From the NCBI GenBank assembly GCA_963675665.1, contig OY776510.1, positions 2,912,001 to 2,976,000 on the forward strand: a stretch of 64,000 bases of DNA, written 5' to 3'. This stretch comes from Spirochaetia bacterium. GTDB lineage: Bacteria > Spirochaetota > Spirochaetia > UBA9216. The first letter of the stretch is position 1; the number at the start of each line of letters is the position of its first letter. The translations under genes were made by a program, and so were the position numbers. Below the pieces are notes generated by a model that searched no databases, was not told the origin of the DNA, and saw only the letters and a program-made list of their open reading frames with translations. Shown here one piece after another: positions 48,944 through 57,968 of the stretch.

Positions 48944-50578
48944 ATGTTGACAGTTAGTGATATTACCCTTTCATTCGGAGAAAGGGTTCTCTTTAAAGAG
49001 GTAAATATTAAGTTCCTTCCGGGGAACTGTTATGGTGTAATTGGAGCAAACGGAGCCGGAAAATCTACATTTCTCAAGGTTTTATCGGGTGATCTTGAAG
49101 CGGACAAGGGAGAAGTAATAATTACTCCCGGCGAACGGATGGCTGTTCTGCAGCAGGACCAGTTTGCATTTGATGATTATTCGGTAATGCACACCGTTAT
49201 TATGGGGCATAAAAATCTCTATGAAATAATGATTGAAAAAGATGCCATATATGAGAAAGCCGATTTCAGTGAAGAAGACGGAATCAGGGCGGCGGAACTT
49301 GAAGGCGAATTTGCGGAAATGAACGGCTGGGAGGCGGAAAGCGAAGCTGCAACCCTGCTGAGCCAGCTTGGTATAAGCGAAGACCTGCATTATAAGCAGA
49401 TGGAGGAAATTGAACCGGCGCTCAAGGTTCGAATCCTTCTCGCTCAGGCTTTGTTCGGGAACCCGGACATTCTTTTGCTTGATGAGCCTACAAATAACCT
49501 CGATCTTGAATCAATTTCATGGCTCGAGGAATTCCTGTATAAATTTGATAATACAGTTATCGTAGTATCTCATGACCGGCATTTTCTTAACAAGGTTTGT
49601 ACGCATATTGCAGATGTTGATTTCGGAAAAATAAAGCTCTTTGTCGGAAATTACGATTTCTGGTATATGGCAAGCCAGCTGGCTCTCAAACAGATGAAGG
49701 ATGAGAAAAGACGCCGTGAAGACAAGGTTGCCGAACTGAAGGAATTTATCCAGCGGTTCAGTTCCAATGCGTCCAAGGCCAAACAGGCCACAAGCCGAAA
49801 AAAACTGATTGAAAAGCTTACTATAGACGACATCAAACCTTCATCGAGAAAATTCCCCTACGTCGATTTCAAGCCGGACAGGGACCCGGGTAATAATATC
49901 CTGACGATTGAGGGACTCAATAAAGAAGTTGACGGCGAACAGGTGATTAAGGACCTTTCCATCACTGTAAATAAGGGCGACAAGATTGCATTTGTCGGTC
50001 CTATGCACGCCTCCAAGACTGCATTGTATGATATCCTGTCGGGAATTATCGAACCGGACTCCGGCAGTTTCGAATGGGGAGTGACAATAAAAAACGGTTA
50101 CTTTCCAAAAGACAATACAACTTTCTTTGAGAACGAGATGACCATAGTAGAATGGCTGCAGCAGTATACTGAGGTGGAAGAAGAGTCTTTTGTAAGGGGT
50201 TTTCTCGGCAGAATGCTTTTCAGCGGTGAGGAAGCCCTTAAAAAAGTAAAGGTGCTGTCCGGAGGCGAGAAGGTAAGGTGCATGCTTTCAAAGCTTATGC
50301 TTGAAGGGGCGAATGCGCTTATATTCGACGAGCCTACAAACCATCTTGATCTTGAATCCATAACCGCCCTGAACAACGGTCTGATCAAATACCCCGGGGT
50401 GCTGCTTTTTAATTCGCATGACCACCAGTTTGTGCATACGGTTGCAAACCGCATAATAGAGTTTGCCCCGGACGGGATAATAGACCGGATGATGCCTTTT
50501 GACGATTACCTTGTCAATGAAGATGTGAAAACTCTCAGAGATGAACTGTGGCACGGACACCACGGGCTTTCAATCTGA
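48944..50578 (+). CDS. ABC-F family ATPase (YbiT/YkpA-like)
   Basis: Two NBDs, no TM domain, LLDEPTNNLD, SHDRHF and linker QATSR motifs. Confidence 0.93.
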   Translation: MLTVSDITLSFGERVLFKEVNIKFLPGNCYGVIGANGAGKSTFLKVLSGDLEADKGEVIITPGERMAVLQQDQFAFDDYSVMHTVIMGHKNLYEIMIEKDAIYEKADFSEEDGIRAAELEGEFAEMNGWEAESEAATLLSQLGISEDLHYKQMEEIEPALKVRILLAQALFGNPDILLLDEPTNNLDLESISWLEEFLYKFDNTVIVVSHDRHFLNKVCTHIADVDFGKIKLFVGNYDFWYMASQLALKQMKDEKRRREDKVAELKEFIQRFSSNASKAKQATSRKKLIEKLTIDDIKPSSRKFPYVDFKPDRDPGNNILTIEGLNKEVDGEQVIKDLSITVNKGDKIAFVGPMHASKTALYDILSGIIEPDSGSFEWGVTIKNGYFPKDNTTFFENEMTIVEWLQQYTEVEEESFVRGFLGRMLFSGEEALKKVKVLSGGEKVRCMLSKLMLEGANALIFDEPTNHLDLESITALNNGLIKYPGVLLFNSHDHQFVHTVANRIIEFAPDGIIDRMMPFDDYLVNEDVKTLRDELWHGHHGLSI

Positions 50579-50583
50579 CTTAT

Positions 50584-50660
50584 ATAAATATCAGAAACAA
50601 ACTTTTTTAAAACTCTGATAATCCAAAATCAGGATTATCAGGGTTTCCTGATATTTTTAT
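50584..50660. repeat. Nested inverted repeat / terminator-like element
   Basis: Inner stem AAACTCTGATAATCC-N7-GGATTATCAGGGTTT; outer stem AAATATCAG...CTGATATTT. Confidence 0.6.
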
Positions 50661-50724
50661 AAATTCAGATATCCATTCCTAAAACCTTGCCTTTCGACAG
50701 ATATATAGATATATTTCTAATATT

Positions 50725-51903
50725 ATGGATAGAGTTTACCTTGATAATAATGCAACAACCCTGGTTGATCCCCTTGTAAAAGACGCGATGGACCCTTTTT
50801 TTACAAAAATGTACGGGAACCCCAATTCACTGCACAGTTTCGGCACCGAAATACATCCCTACATGAGTATTGCGCTTGACAGGTTGTACGATGGCATAAA
50901 TGCCGATGATAAGGATGATATATTCATTAACAGCTGCGCTTCCGAGGGAAATAATACAGTAATTAAGTCGCTTTATTTCGACAGTGTTCTTAACAGTAAA
51001 AAAAACCGGATGATCACATCTGCAATTGAGCACCCGGCTGTTTCTAATGTATATTTGTTTCTTGAAAAACTTGGTGTCGATGTGAAATGGCTCCCGGTTA
51101 ACAGCCAGGGAATTGTTGATCCTGCCGAATTGCGAAAAGCTATTGATCCGGATAAAACAGCGCTTGTGTCGCTTATCTGGGCAAATAATGAAACCGGCCT
51201 GATAAACCCGGTTAAAGAGTACGGTGAAATCTGCCGTGAGAACGGAGTAAAACTGCATCTTGACGGAGTTCAGGCTATCGGGAAAATTCCTGTCGATGTT
51301 CAGGATGTTGAAGTCGATTATCTGACCTTCAGCGCCCATAAGTTTCACGGCCCGAAAGGAGTAGGCGGTCTGTATGTCCGAAACGGCGCAGGCATAACTC
51401 CCCTGATCCACGGCGGCGAACAGATGAACGGAAAACGCGCAGGCACCATCAATACCGCTTTCATGATAGGTATGGGACTTGCGCTGGAACTTGCCGTTAA
51501 AAACCTTGATTATGAAGCCACCGAAGTCCGCAGACTGCGCGATAAACTTGAAGACGCCATTCTTGAAATTGATGATGTCGAGGTTATTGGAAGCCGTGAT
51601 ATCCGGACGCCCAATACAATCCTGGCAAGTTTCAGGGGTATTGAGGGTGAAGCTTTCCTCTGGGATCTGAACCAGAAAGGAATAGCAGCATCAACCGGAA
51701 GTGCCTGCTCGTCGGAATCGCTGGAATCAAATCCGACCTTCCAGGCAATGCAGATAGGCGCTGATCTGGCCCATACAGGTATGAGATTCAGCCTGTCGCG
51801 TTATACAACTGAAGAAGAAATTGATTATGCTGTCGATGTTATCAAAGGTGCAGTAGAAAGATTGCGGAGAATCTCATCGACGAGCAACAGGGAATATATC
51901 TGA
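50725..51903 (+). CDS. nifS: Cysteine desulfurase NifS
   Basis: YLDNNATT, SAHKFHGPKG and STGSACSS motifs. Confidence 0.95.
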   Translation: MDRVYLDNNATTLVDPLVKDAMDPFFTKMYGNPNSLHSFGTEIHPYMSIALDRLYDGINADDKDDIFINSCASEGNNTVIKSLYFDSVLNSKKNRMITSAIEHPAVSNVYLFLEKLGVDVKWLPVNSQGIVDPAELRKAIDPDKTALVSLIWANNETGLINPVKEYGEICRENGVKLHLDGVQAIGKIPVDVQDVEVDYLTFSAHKFHGPKGVGGLYVRNGAGITPLIHGGEQMNGKRAGTINTAFMIGMGLALELAVKNLDYEATEVRRLRDKLEDAILEIDDVEVIGSRDIRTPNTILASFRGIEGEAFLWDLNQKGIAASTGSACSSESLESNPTFQAMQIGADLAHTGMRFSLSRYTTEEEIDYAVDVIKGAVERLRRISSTSNREYI

Positions 51904-51988
51904 GTTGGAGTAATTTGGAAAGCGGAATTTTTCAAATTAAATTACAGTAAACCTGCAACCGTGCAGGAAGCTATATATTGGAGAAGTC

Positions 51989-52954
51989 ATGGCTAAAAAT
52001 GATTTAATCGGCGGAGCTTTATGGGAAAATTATTCCGATAAAGTCAGCGACAGAATGAACAACCCGCGGTTTATGGGTGAAATCTCCGAGGAAGAGGCTG
52101 AAGCGAAGGGCGCAAAACTGATAATTGCAGATTTCGGAGCTGATTCATGCGGAGATGCTGTAAGACTTTACTGGATGGTTGACCCTAAAACCGATATTAT
52201 AATTGATTCCAAATACAAGAGCTTCGGATGCGGAACAGCTATCGCATCAAGTGACATAACGGCTGAACTATGCATAGGCAAAACTGTCGATGAAGCGGTT
52301 AAAATTACCAATATAGATGTTGAAAAAGCATTGCGTGATACCCCCGACAAGCCGGCAGTTCCTCCCCAGAAAATGCACTGTTCGGTAATGGCTTACGATG
52401 TAATAAAAAAAGCAGCTTCATTATACAAACAGGTTGATATGTCGGTTTTTGAAGATGAGGAAATTGTTTGCGAATGTGCAAGGGTCTCCCTGAGCACGAT
52501 CAAGGAAGTTATAAAGCTTAATGATTTGAAAACCGTTGAAGAGATTACCCAGTACACCAAGGCGGGAGCTTTCTGCAAATCCTGCATTAAACCCGGCGGG
52601 CATGAAGAGAGAAAATTTTATCTTGAAGATATTCTTCGTGATACGCGTGCCGAAATGGAACGCGAAAGGCTTAATTTCAGCAGCGAAACACAGACCTTCA
52701 GCGAAATGACCCTGATTCAGAAACATAAAAAAGTGGACAAGGCGATAACCGAATCGATTCTGCCGATTCTGAATGCGGACGGCGGAAGCGTTGAAGTCGT
52801 GGATATGCAGGAAGTGGACGATTATACCGACGTATATATCAAATACAAGGGGGCTTGCGCGGGCTGTGCGGCAAGCAGAACCGGTACATATGAGGCAATC
52901 GCCGACACGCTGAGAAAGAAAGTCGACGAATCAATCAGGGTCCACATTCTCTAA
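51989..52954 (+). CDS. nifU: Fe-S scaffold NifU (IscU + BFD-like + Nfu domains)
   Basis: CGD, FGCG and MHC; CEC...CKSC; DGG...GACAGC. Confidence 0.93.
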   Translation: MAKNDLIGGALWENYSDKVSDRMNNPRFMGEISEEEAEAKGAKLIIADFGADSCGDAVRLYWMVDPKTDIIIDSKYKSFGCGTAIASSDITAELCIGKTVDEAVKITNIDVEKALRDTPDKPAVPPQKMHCSVMAYDVIKKAASLYKQVDMSVFEDEEIVCECARVSLSTIKEVIKLNDLKTVEEITQYTKAGAFCKSCIKPGGHEERKFYLEDILRDTRAEMERERLNFSSETQTFSEMTLIQKHKKVDKAITESILPILNADGGSVEVVDMQEVDDYTDVYIKYKGACAGCAASRTGTYEAIADTLRKKVDESIRVHIL

Positions 52955-52965
52955 ACACCCGGAGG

Positions 52966-53901
52966 GTGGAAATGAAAGCTCAGAATGTAACCGAACTGAT
53001 CGGAGGGACTCCTCTGGTCAGGCTTAACCGTATATGCGGTAATGCAGAAGTTTATGCAAAACTTGAATATTTCAATCCCGGAAGTTCGGTAAAAGACAGA
53101 ATAGCACTGGCTTTAATTGAAGACGGAGAAAAAAGCGGATTAATAAACAGTGAAACTATCATTGTCGAACCCACAAGCGGCAACACAGGTATAGGTCTTG
53201 CGATGGTGTGTGCCGTCAAAGGATACAGGCTGATACTGACTATGCCTGAAACCGTCAGCCCTGAGCGAAGGCAGATCCTTGCCGGATTCGGGGCGGAACT
53301 TGTTCTGGTGTCCGGGAAGGGGGGAATGACGCCTGCAATTGAAAGAGCCCGTGAGATTGCAGCTGAAAATCCGGACAGTTATATGCCGGGACAGTTCTCA
53401 AACCCCGCAAATCCCGCTGCGCATGAGTTTACAACGGCCCGTGAAATATGGGATGATACCGGCGGAAAGATAGATATACTGGTTTGCGGTGTCGGCACCG
53501 GAGGAACAGTCAGCGGTACTGCAAGAGGGCTGCGCCGGCTGAACCCTGATCTGAAGGTTATTGCAGTGGAACCCGCGGATTCACCCGTGATTACCCAGCA
53601 CTTGAACGGACAGAAGCCGGCACCAGGCAGCCATGTCATTCAGGGAATAGGCGCAGGTTTTATTCCTGAAAATCTTGATATTTCACTAATCAGTGAGGTA
53701 ATATTGGTCACAAATGCCGATGCCCTGGAATATGCCAGGCGTCTGATGAAGGAAGAAGGCATTTTCGCCGGAATATCAGCGGGGGCGGCGGCCCGGGCTG
53801 CAGTTGAGATTGCCTCGAAGCCCGAAAATAAAGGTAAAACGGTTGTTTTTGTTGTTCCTGATACCGGTGAAAGATATCTGTCGCAGAATATATTCAGCTG
53901 A
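52966..53901 (+). CDS. cysK: Cysteine synthase A
   Basis: SVKDR, PTSGNTG, GVGTGGT and ERYLS motifs; start may be ATG 52972. Confidence 0.95.
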   Translation: MEMKAQNVTELIGGTPLVRLNRICGNAEVYAKLEYFNPGSSVKDRIALALIEDGEKSGLINSETIIVEPTSGNTGIGLAMVCAVKGYRLILTMPETVSPERRQILAGFGAELVLVSGKGGMTPAIERAREIAAENPDSYMPGQFSNPANPAAHEFTTAREIWDDTGGKIDILVCGVGTGGTVSGTARGLRRLNPDLKVIAVEPADSPVITQHLNGQKPAPGSHVIQGIGAGFIPENLDISLISEVILVTNADALEYARRLMKEEGIFAGISAGAAARAAVEIASKPENKGKTVVFVVPDTGERYLSQNIFS

Positions 53902-53919
53902 TTAATTTGGAGAGTAAGA

Positions 53920-54813
53920 ATGTCAGGTTTCAAAGAAGAATTCAATATCAAGGAAATAACGGAAGAACTGTGCAAATCTGAATCTTACAGCAAGGTTTAC
54001 CTCAGATCCAGCGAGCACGATATTCATATGCCGTCAATTGATGAACTTGCAAAAGCGGTTGAACTGCTGCGGTCGGTCATATTTCCCGGTTACTTCATCC
54101 ATTCGGAACTGCGCGAAGATACAATGCATTATTACATAGGGAGCAGTCTTGATAAATGTTTTGCAATACTTTCAGAGCAGTTGAAACGGGGATACTGTTT
54201 TGCGTGCTCTTCAGAGACGGTATGCAATTTCTGTGAAACCAGGGCTGAAGAAGCCGCAGCGCATCTGCTGAAACGACTTCCGTATATCAGACACATGCTG
54301 TCGACAGATGCCGAAGCCGCTTATGAGGGTGATCCTGCGGCAAAAAGTATAGGAGAGGCTATTTTCTGTTATCCAAGCATACGGGCCCTGACGAACCACC
54401 GAATTGCGCACGAACTTTATCGCTTCGGTGTTCCAATAATACCAAGGCTAATCAGCGAAATGGCTCATTCCGAAGCAGGAATTGATATTCATCCCGGGGC
54501 GGAAATCGACGAGCATTTTTTCATAGATCACGGTACAGGCACCGTAATAGGTGAAACTTCTGTTATCGGAAAAAATGTTCAGATTTACCAGGGCGTAACA
54601 CTCGGTGCGCGAAGTTTTCCCAAGGATGAAGACGGCAAACCAATCAAGGATATCCCGCGACACCCAATAGTAAAAGACGGCGTTATCATATATGCCGGAG
54701 CTACTGTGCTCGGTCGCGTAACTATCGGTGAAAATGCTATGATTGGCGGTAATGTCTGGATAACGCGCGATGTCCCTGCCGGCGAGAGGGTTATTCAGCG
54801 GCGGGCGGACTAA
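53920..54813 (+). CDS. cysE: Serine O-acetyltransferase (EpsC-type)
   Basis: GDPAA, IDIHPGA, IDHGTG, YQGVTLG and RHP motifs. Confidence 0.92.
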   Translation: MSGFKEEFNIKEITEELCKSESYSKVYLRSSEHDIHMPSIDELAKAVELLRSVIFPGYFIHSELREDTMHYYIGSSLDKCFAILSEQLKRGYCFACSSETVCNFCETRAEEAAAHLLKRLPYIRHMLSTDAEAAYEGDPAAKSIGEAIFCYPSIRALTNHRIAHELYRFGVPIIPRLISEMAHSEAGIDIHPGAEIDEHFFIDHGTGTVIGETSVIGKNVQIYQGVTLGARSFPKDEDGKPIKDIPRHPIVKDGVIIYAGATVLGRVTIGENAMIGGNVWITRDVPAGERVIQRRAD

Positions 54814-55972
54814 CACCGACATCAGCTGCGGCTGAATATAATGCATCAAAAAAGAACTGAAACTCATGTTCGGTGATTATCAGCGGGGGATCGATCCGCA
54901 GAAATGAGCCCCTGTACCCGGTAAGAAATCCCTGATCAACAAGCTGTAAATATATCTTTTTTGTCAGCCCGGGATTGATAAACTCAATTGCATACATCAA
55001 CCCCCTGCCGCGGACCTGAGCAACAGCGTCAAGTTCCTCAAGACCTTCAAGTTTTTCCAGGAACAGCCTGCCGTTGATCTCTGCTTTTTCAATCAGGCAG
55101 TTTTCATTTATCACCCTGATTACCTCGCGCGCAACGGCGGCGCCCAGCGGATCATTCTGATGTGACTGGGCATATTTAAACGGACGACCCTCAAGTTCCA
55201 TGGTTATTCCGGCATTTAAGGCTGCAACACTGACGGGATAACCGTTGCCGATACCTTTCCCGATGGCAATCATGTCAGGTTCTATATCATAATGATTGTA
55301 TCCGAACCATTTGCCGGTTCTGCCTATTCCGGTAGTAACCTCGTTGACGATGATTTTTCCGCCGTTTTTTCTGACTTTGTCCGAAATGGTTTTAATTAAT
55401 GCTTTCGGGGGAAACCTGACAAAACCCGATGAACTTCCGGGTTCAAAAATAAAGTCTGAAATTCCGTCAGGGATATCACTGATTAAAGGACAATCTGCGC
55501 TGCATACATCAGCATTAACGCAATTTACACAGCCGGCCCAGTCAAAACAGTACCAGCCGGACTCTCTTCTTCCGACCGAAGAAAAGGCTCCGAGGTATGA
55601 ATCTTTCATTGTCATTGAAAGCGGTTTTCCGGTAAGATGGCGGGCAATCTGTCTTGATATCTCTATTGCTTCGCTTCCTGAGCACAGGAACACGGCTTTA
55701 CCGTCCGGCATCCCCGTCTTCTCCAGTACCGTTTCAGCGGCTTCCTCGACAATCCGGGTTGAATAACAAAAGCCGGCCTGTACAAGTGAACCGAGCTGGT
55801 TAATTATGGTTTGATTAATCTCTTTCCGCTGATGTCCGAGAGACATGCACCAGACTCCGGATTCAAGATCCATATAGTAATTGCCGGCCCGGTTTTTAAT
55901 GTATAGTCCGTTTCCTTCTGTTATGTCGGGTAAAAGAAGTTCATGCCCGCTGCAGTTAAAAACGTGTTTCAT
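54791..55972 (-). CDS. Class III aminotransferase-fold PLP enzyme (NEV variant)
   Basis: SGSEA, FEPG, NEVTTGIGRTG and GKGIGNG motifs; ATG overlaps the MocR stop codon (ATGA). Confidence 0.85.
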   Translation of the reverse strand: MKHVFNCSGHELLLPDITEGNGLYIKNRAGNYYMDLESGVWCMSLGHQRKEINQTIINQLGSLVQAGFCYSTRIVEEAAETVLEKTGMPDGKAVFLCSGSEAIEISRQIARHLTGKPLSMTMKDSYLGAFSSVGRRESGWYCFDWAGCVNCVNADVCSADCPLISDIPDGISDFIFEPGSSSGFVRFPPKALIKTISDKVRKNGGKIIVNEVTTGIGRTGKWFGYNHYDIEPDMIAIGKGIGNGYPVSVAALNAGITMELEGRPFKYAQSHQNDPLGAAVAREVIRVINENCLIEKAEINGRLFLEKLEGLEELDAVAQVRGRGLMYAIEFINPGLTKKIYLQLVDQGFLTGYRGSFLRIDPPLIITEHEFQFFFDALYSAAADVGVSPPAAE

Positions 55973-57438
55973 ATGCAATTCTCCCTTATGGTTTCACTGA
56001 TTATTTTTATCCCCTGTTCAATCTCATCCGGAAGGGTTTTTGAGAGCGATATTCTGACGCAGATATTCCGGGACGGATCTTGAAAATATAAACTGCCGGG
56101 ACTTACAGCAACGCCTTTGCTAAGAAGCTCGGACAGAAACTGTTTTTCACTTATCGGCGGATTATCCCAATATACAAGAAAAGTATAGCCGCCCGAAGGT
56201 TTCGTATACCGGACGTAATCGAGTGATAAATACCGGCGGGCGGCTTTCATGGCGGCATTGATTCTTTCGCGGTACCTGGTGTGGACCTTTTTCAGAAAAT
56301 ATTCGAATTTCCCCTGTTTAAGAAAATCTGTCAGAGCCATCTGTATAAGGGGGTTTCCCGATAACCGGGTTACCCTTCTTATTTCCGCCAGCCTGTCTAT
56401 TAATTTCGGAGAGGCGGCAATCCATCCGGTTCTGAGTCCGGGGAACAGTATCTTTGAAAAAGTGCCGACATAGATAACAATGCCGCTGCTGTCCATTGAT
56501 TTTATCGGAAGTATTGTTTCTCCATGATACTTCAATTCTTCAAGAAAACCGTCCTCAAGAATCGGCACATTATACAGGCTGCATAACTCAAGGAGTTTTT
56601 CCCTGTTTTTCTGGCTGATCGACAGGCCCGAAGGGTTCTGAAAACTGGGCATTGTATAAAGAAGGGAACAGTTATTATTTTCGAGTATTTCCTCAAGTGC
56701 ATGAATGTTCATGCCGCTGTCCGTTAACGGGATCGGCGCTGTGGTGCCGCCGTTGCAGGCAACAAGGGACGGAAGATAACTGTAGGTGGGTTCCGAACAA
56801 ACGACAGTATCTCCCGGATGCAGCAGCGCCTTTAATACCAGGTCAATAGCATCCTGACTTCCGTTTGTAACAAGAATATTCTTTTCAGATATATAGATCT
56901 GGTGGCGGCCAAGATACTTGGAAAGCTCTTTTCTGAATTCCATGTTCCCCTTCGGATCTTCGTACGACATAGCCGTTTCCGGATCGCTTTGAAGTATTCT
57001 GTTAATGCTTTTTCTGAATTCTTCAACAGGCCAGTATGCGGGATCTGAAGACAGCGTCGTAAAATCGATCTTGCAGTTTTGCGGATACTGGATGCCGCCT
57101 GATGCCATTTTTTCGGACATTCTTTTATATGAAGGCGACAGTTTTTCATCCCAGTTGATCCCGGTTTCGTTTATATTTTTCGAACTGGTAATATCGGGAC
57201 GGTTTCTGATTCTTGAATAGCTTCCCGGTCTGCTCTCAATATAACCGAGGCTCCATAATTCTTCATATGCCTTGCATACAGTAGTTCTGTTTACTTCAAG
57301 GTGAACCGACAAAGCCCTGGTCGAAGGCAGGATATCACCGTCTTTAAGGGCCTGATTTTTAATCATTGATTCAATCTGTTTTGCGATCTGTTTATGTAAA
57401 GTGTCTTCGGATTTTCGATCTATAGTTACCAGAATCAT
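55969..57438 (-). CDS. MocR/GabR-family regulator (GntR HTH + PLP aminotransferase domain)
   Basis: LPSTRAL..HLEVNRTTV..AYEEL HTH; FQNPSG and TFSK...GLRTGW motifs. Confidence 0.93.
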   Translation of the reverse strand: MILVTIDRKSEDTLHKQIAKQIESMIKNQALKDGDILPSTRALSVHLEVNRTTVCKAYEELWSLGYIESRPGSYSRIRNRPDITSSKNINETGINWDEKLSPSYKRMSEKMASGGIQYPQNCKIDFTTLSSDPAYWPVEEFRKSINRILQSDPETAMSYEDPKGNMEFRKELSKYLGRHQIYISEKNILVTNGSQDAIDLVLKALLHPGDTVVCSEPTYSYLPSLVACNGGTTAPIPLTDSGMNIHALEEILENNNCSLLYTMPSFQNPSGLSISQKNREKLLELCSLYNVPILEDGFLEELKYHGETILPIKSMDSSGIVIYVGTFSKILFPGLRTGWIAASPKLIDRLAEIRRVTRLSGNPLIQMALTDFLKQGKFEYFLKKVHTRYRERINAAMKAARRYLSLDYVRYTKPSGGYTFLVYWDNPPISEKQFLSELLSKGVAVSPGSLYFQDPSRNICVRISLSKTLPDEIEQGIKIISETIRENCI

Positions 57439-57530
57439 TCTTCTCTCCTGATACTCAAAATAGCAGCAGAGCGGATGATTGGCAACAGCCAAATATTGTC
57501 TGAATTGAACAGACCAATTACCATAACCGC

Positions 57531-57560
57531 AAAAAAATAGGCTGCATTTTGAATGCAGCC
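57531..57560 (-). terminator. Intrinsic terminator after the cysS-like/VOC pair
   Basis: Perfect 9-bp stem GGCTGCATT/AATGCAGCC followed on the minus strand by TATTTTTTT. Confidence 0.75.
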
Positions 57561-57602
57561 CCTAAAATATATCTTCCGGCTGTATCAGCCGCTATGAAAA
57601 AA

Positions 57603-57968
57603 TCAGTCTACCTCGGATACCGTAAGAATATTTTTGTCGTGATCGTAGAATTTCAGCATGCGCATGCCCTGTTCCGAAAATTCAACAATATCGCCTTTAA
57701 GTGTTACCTCTTCAGCCAGCAGGTGTGCCTTGAATGAATCAAGATCTGCAACACCGAACGTCATAAACTCGTTTACCGGGTAGGGGGCATCCTGTTTCCA
57801 CTGATTTATTGCAATATAAGCATTTGTTACTCCGGGAACAGCCATTTCAACCCATCCGTCGGATTCAAAAGCCCGTTTGAACCCAAGAACCTTTTCGTAG
57901 AAAGTTTCGGTTTTCCTGATATCCCTTGACCATATGAAGGTTATTGAATGTTTATAATTAATACTCAT
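57603..57968 (-). CDS. VOC (glyoxalase/bleomycin resistance) family protein
   Basis: FYEKVLGF, W.E, FGVADLD and FYDHDKN motifs; 121 aa. Confidence 0.85.
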   Translation of the reverse strand: MSINYKHSITFIWSRDIRKTETFYEKVLGFKRAFESDGWVEMAVPGVTNAYIAINQWKQDAPYPVNEFMTFGVADLDSFKAHLLAEEVTLKGDIVEFSEQGMRMLKFYDHDKNILTVSEVD

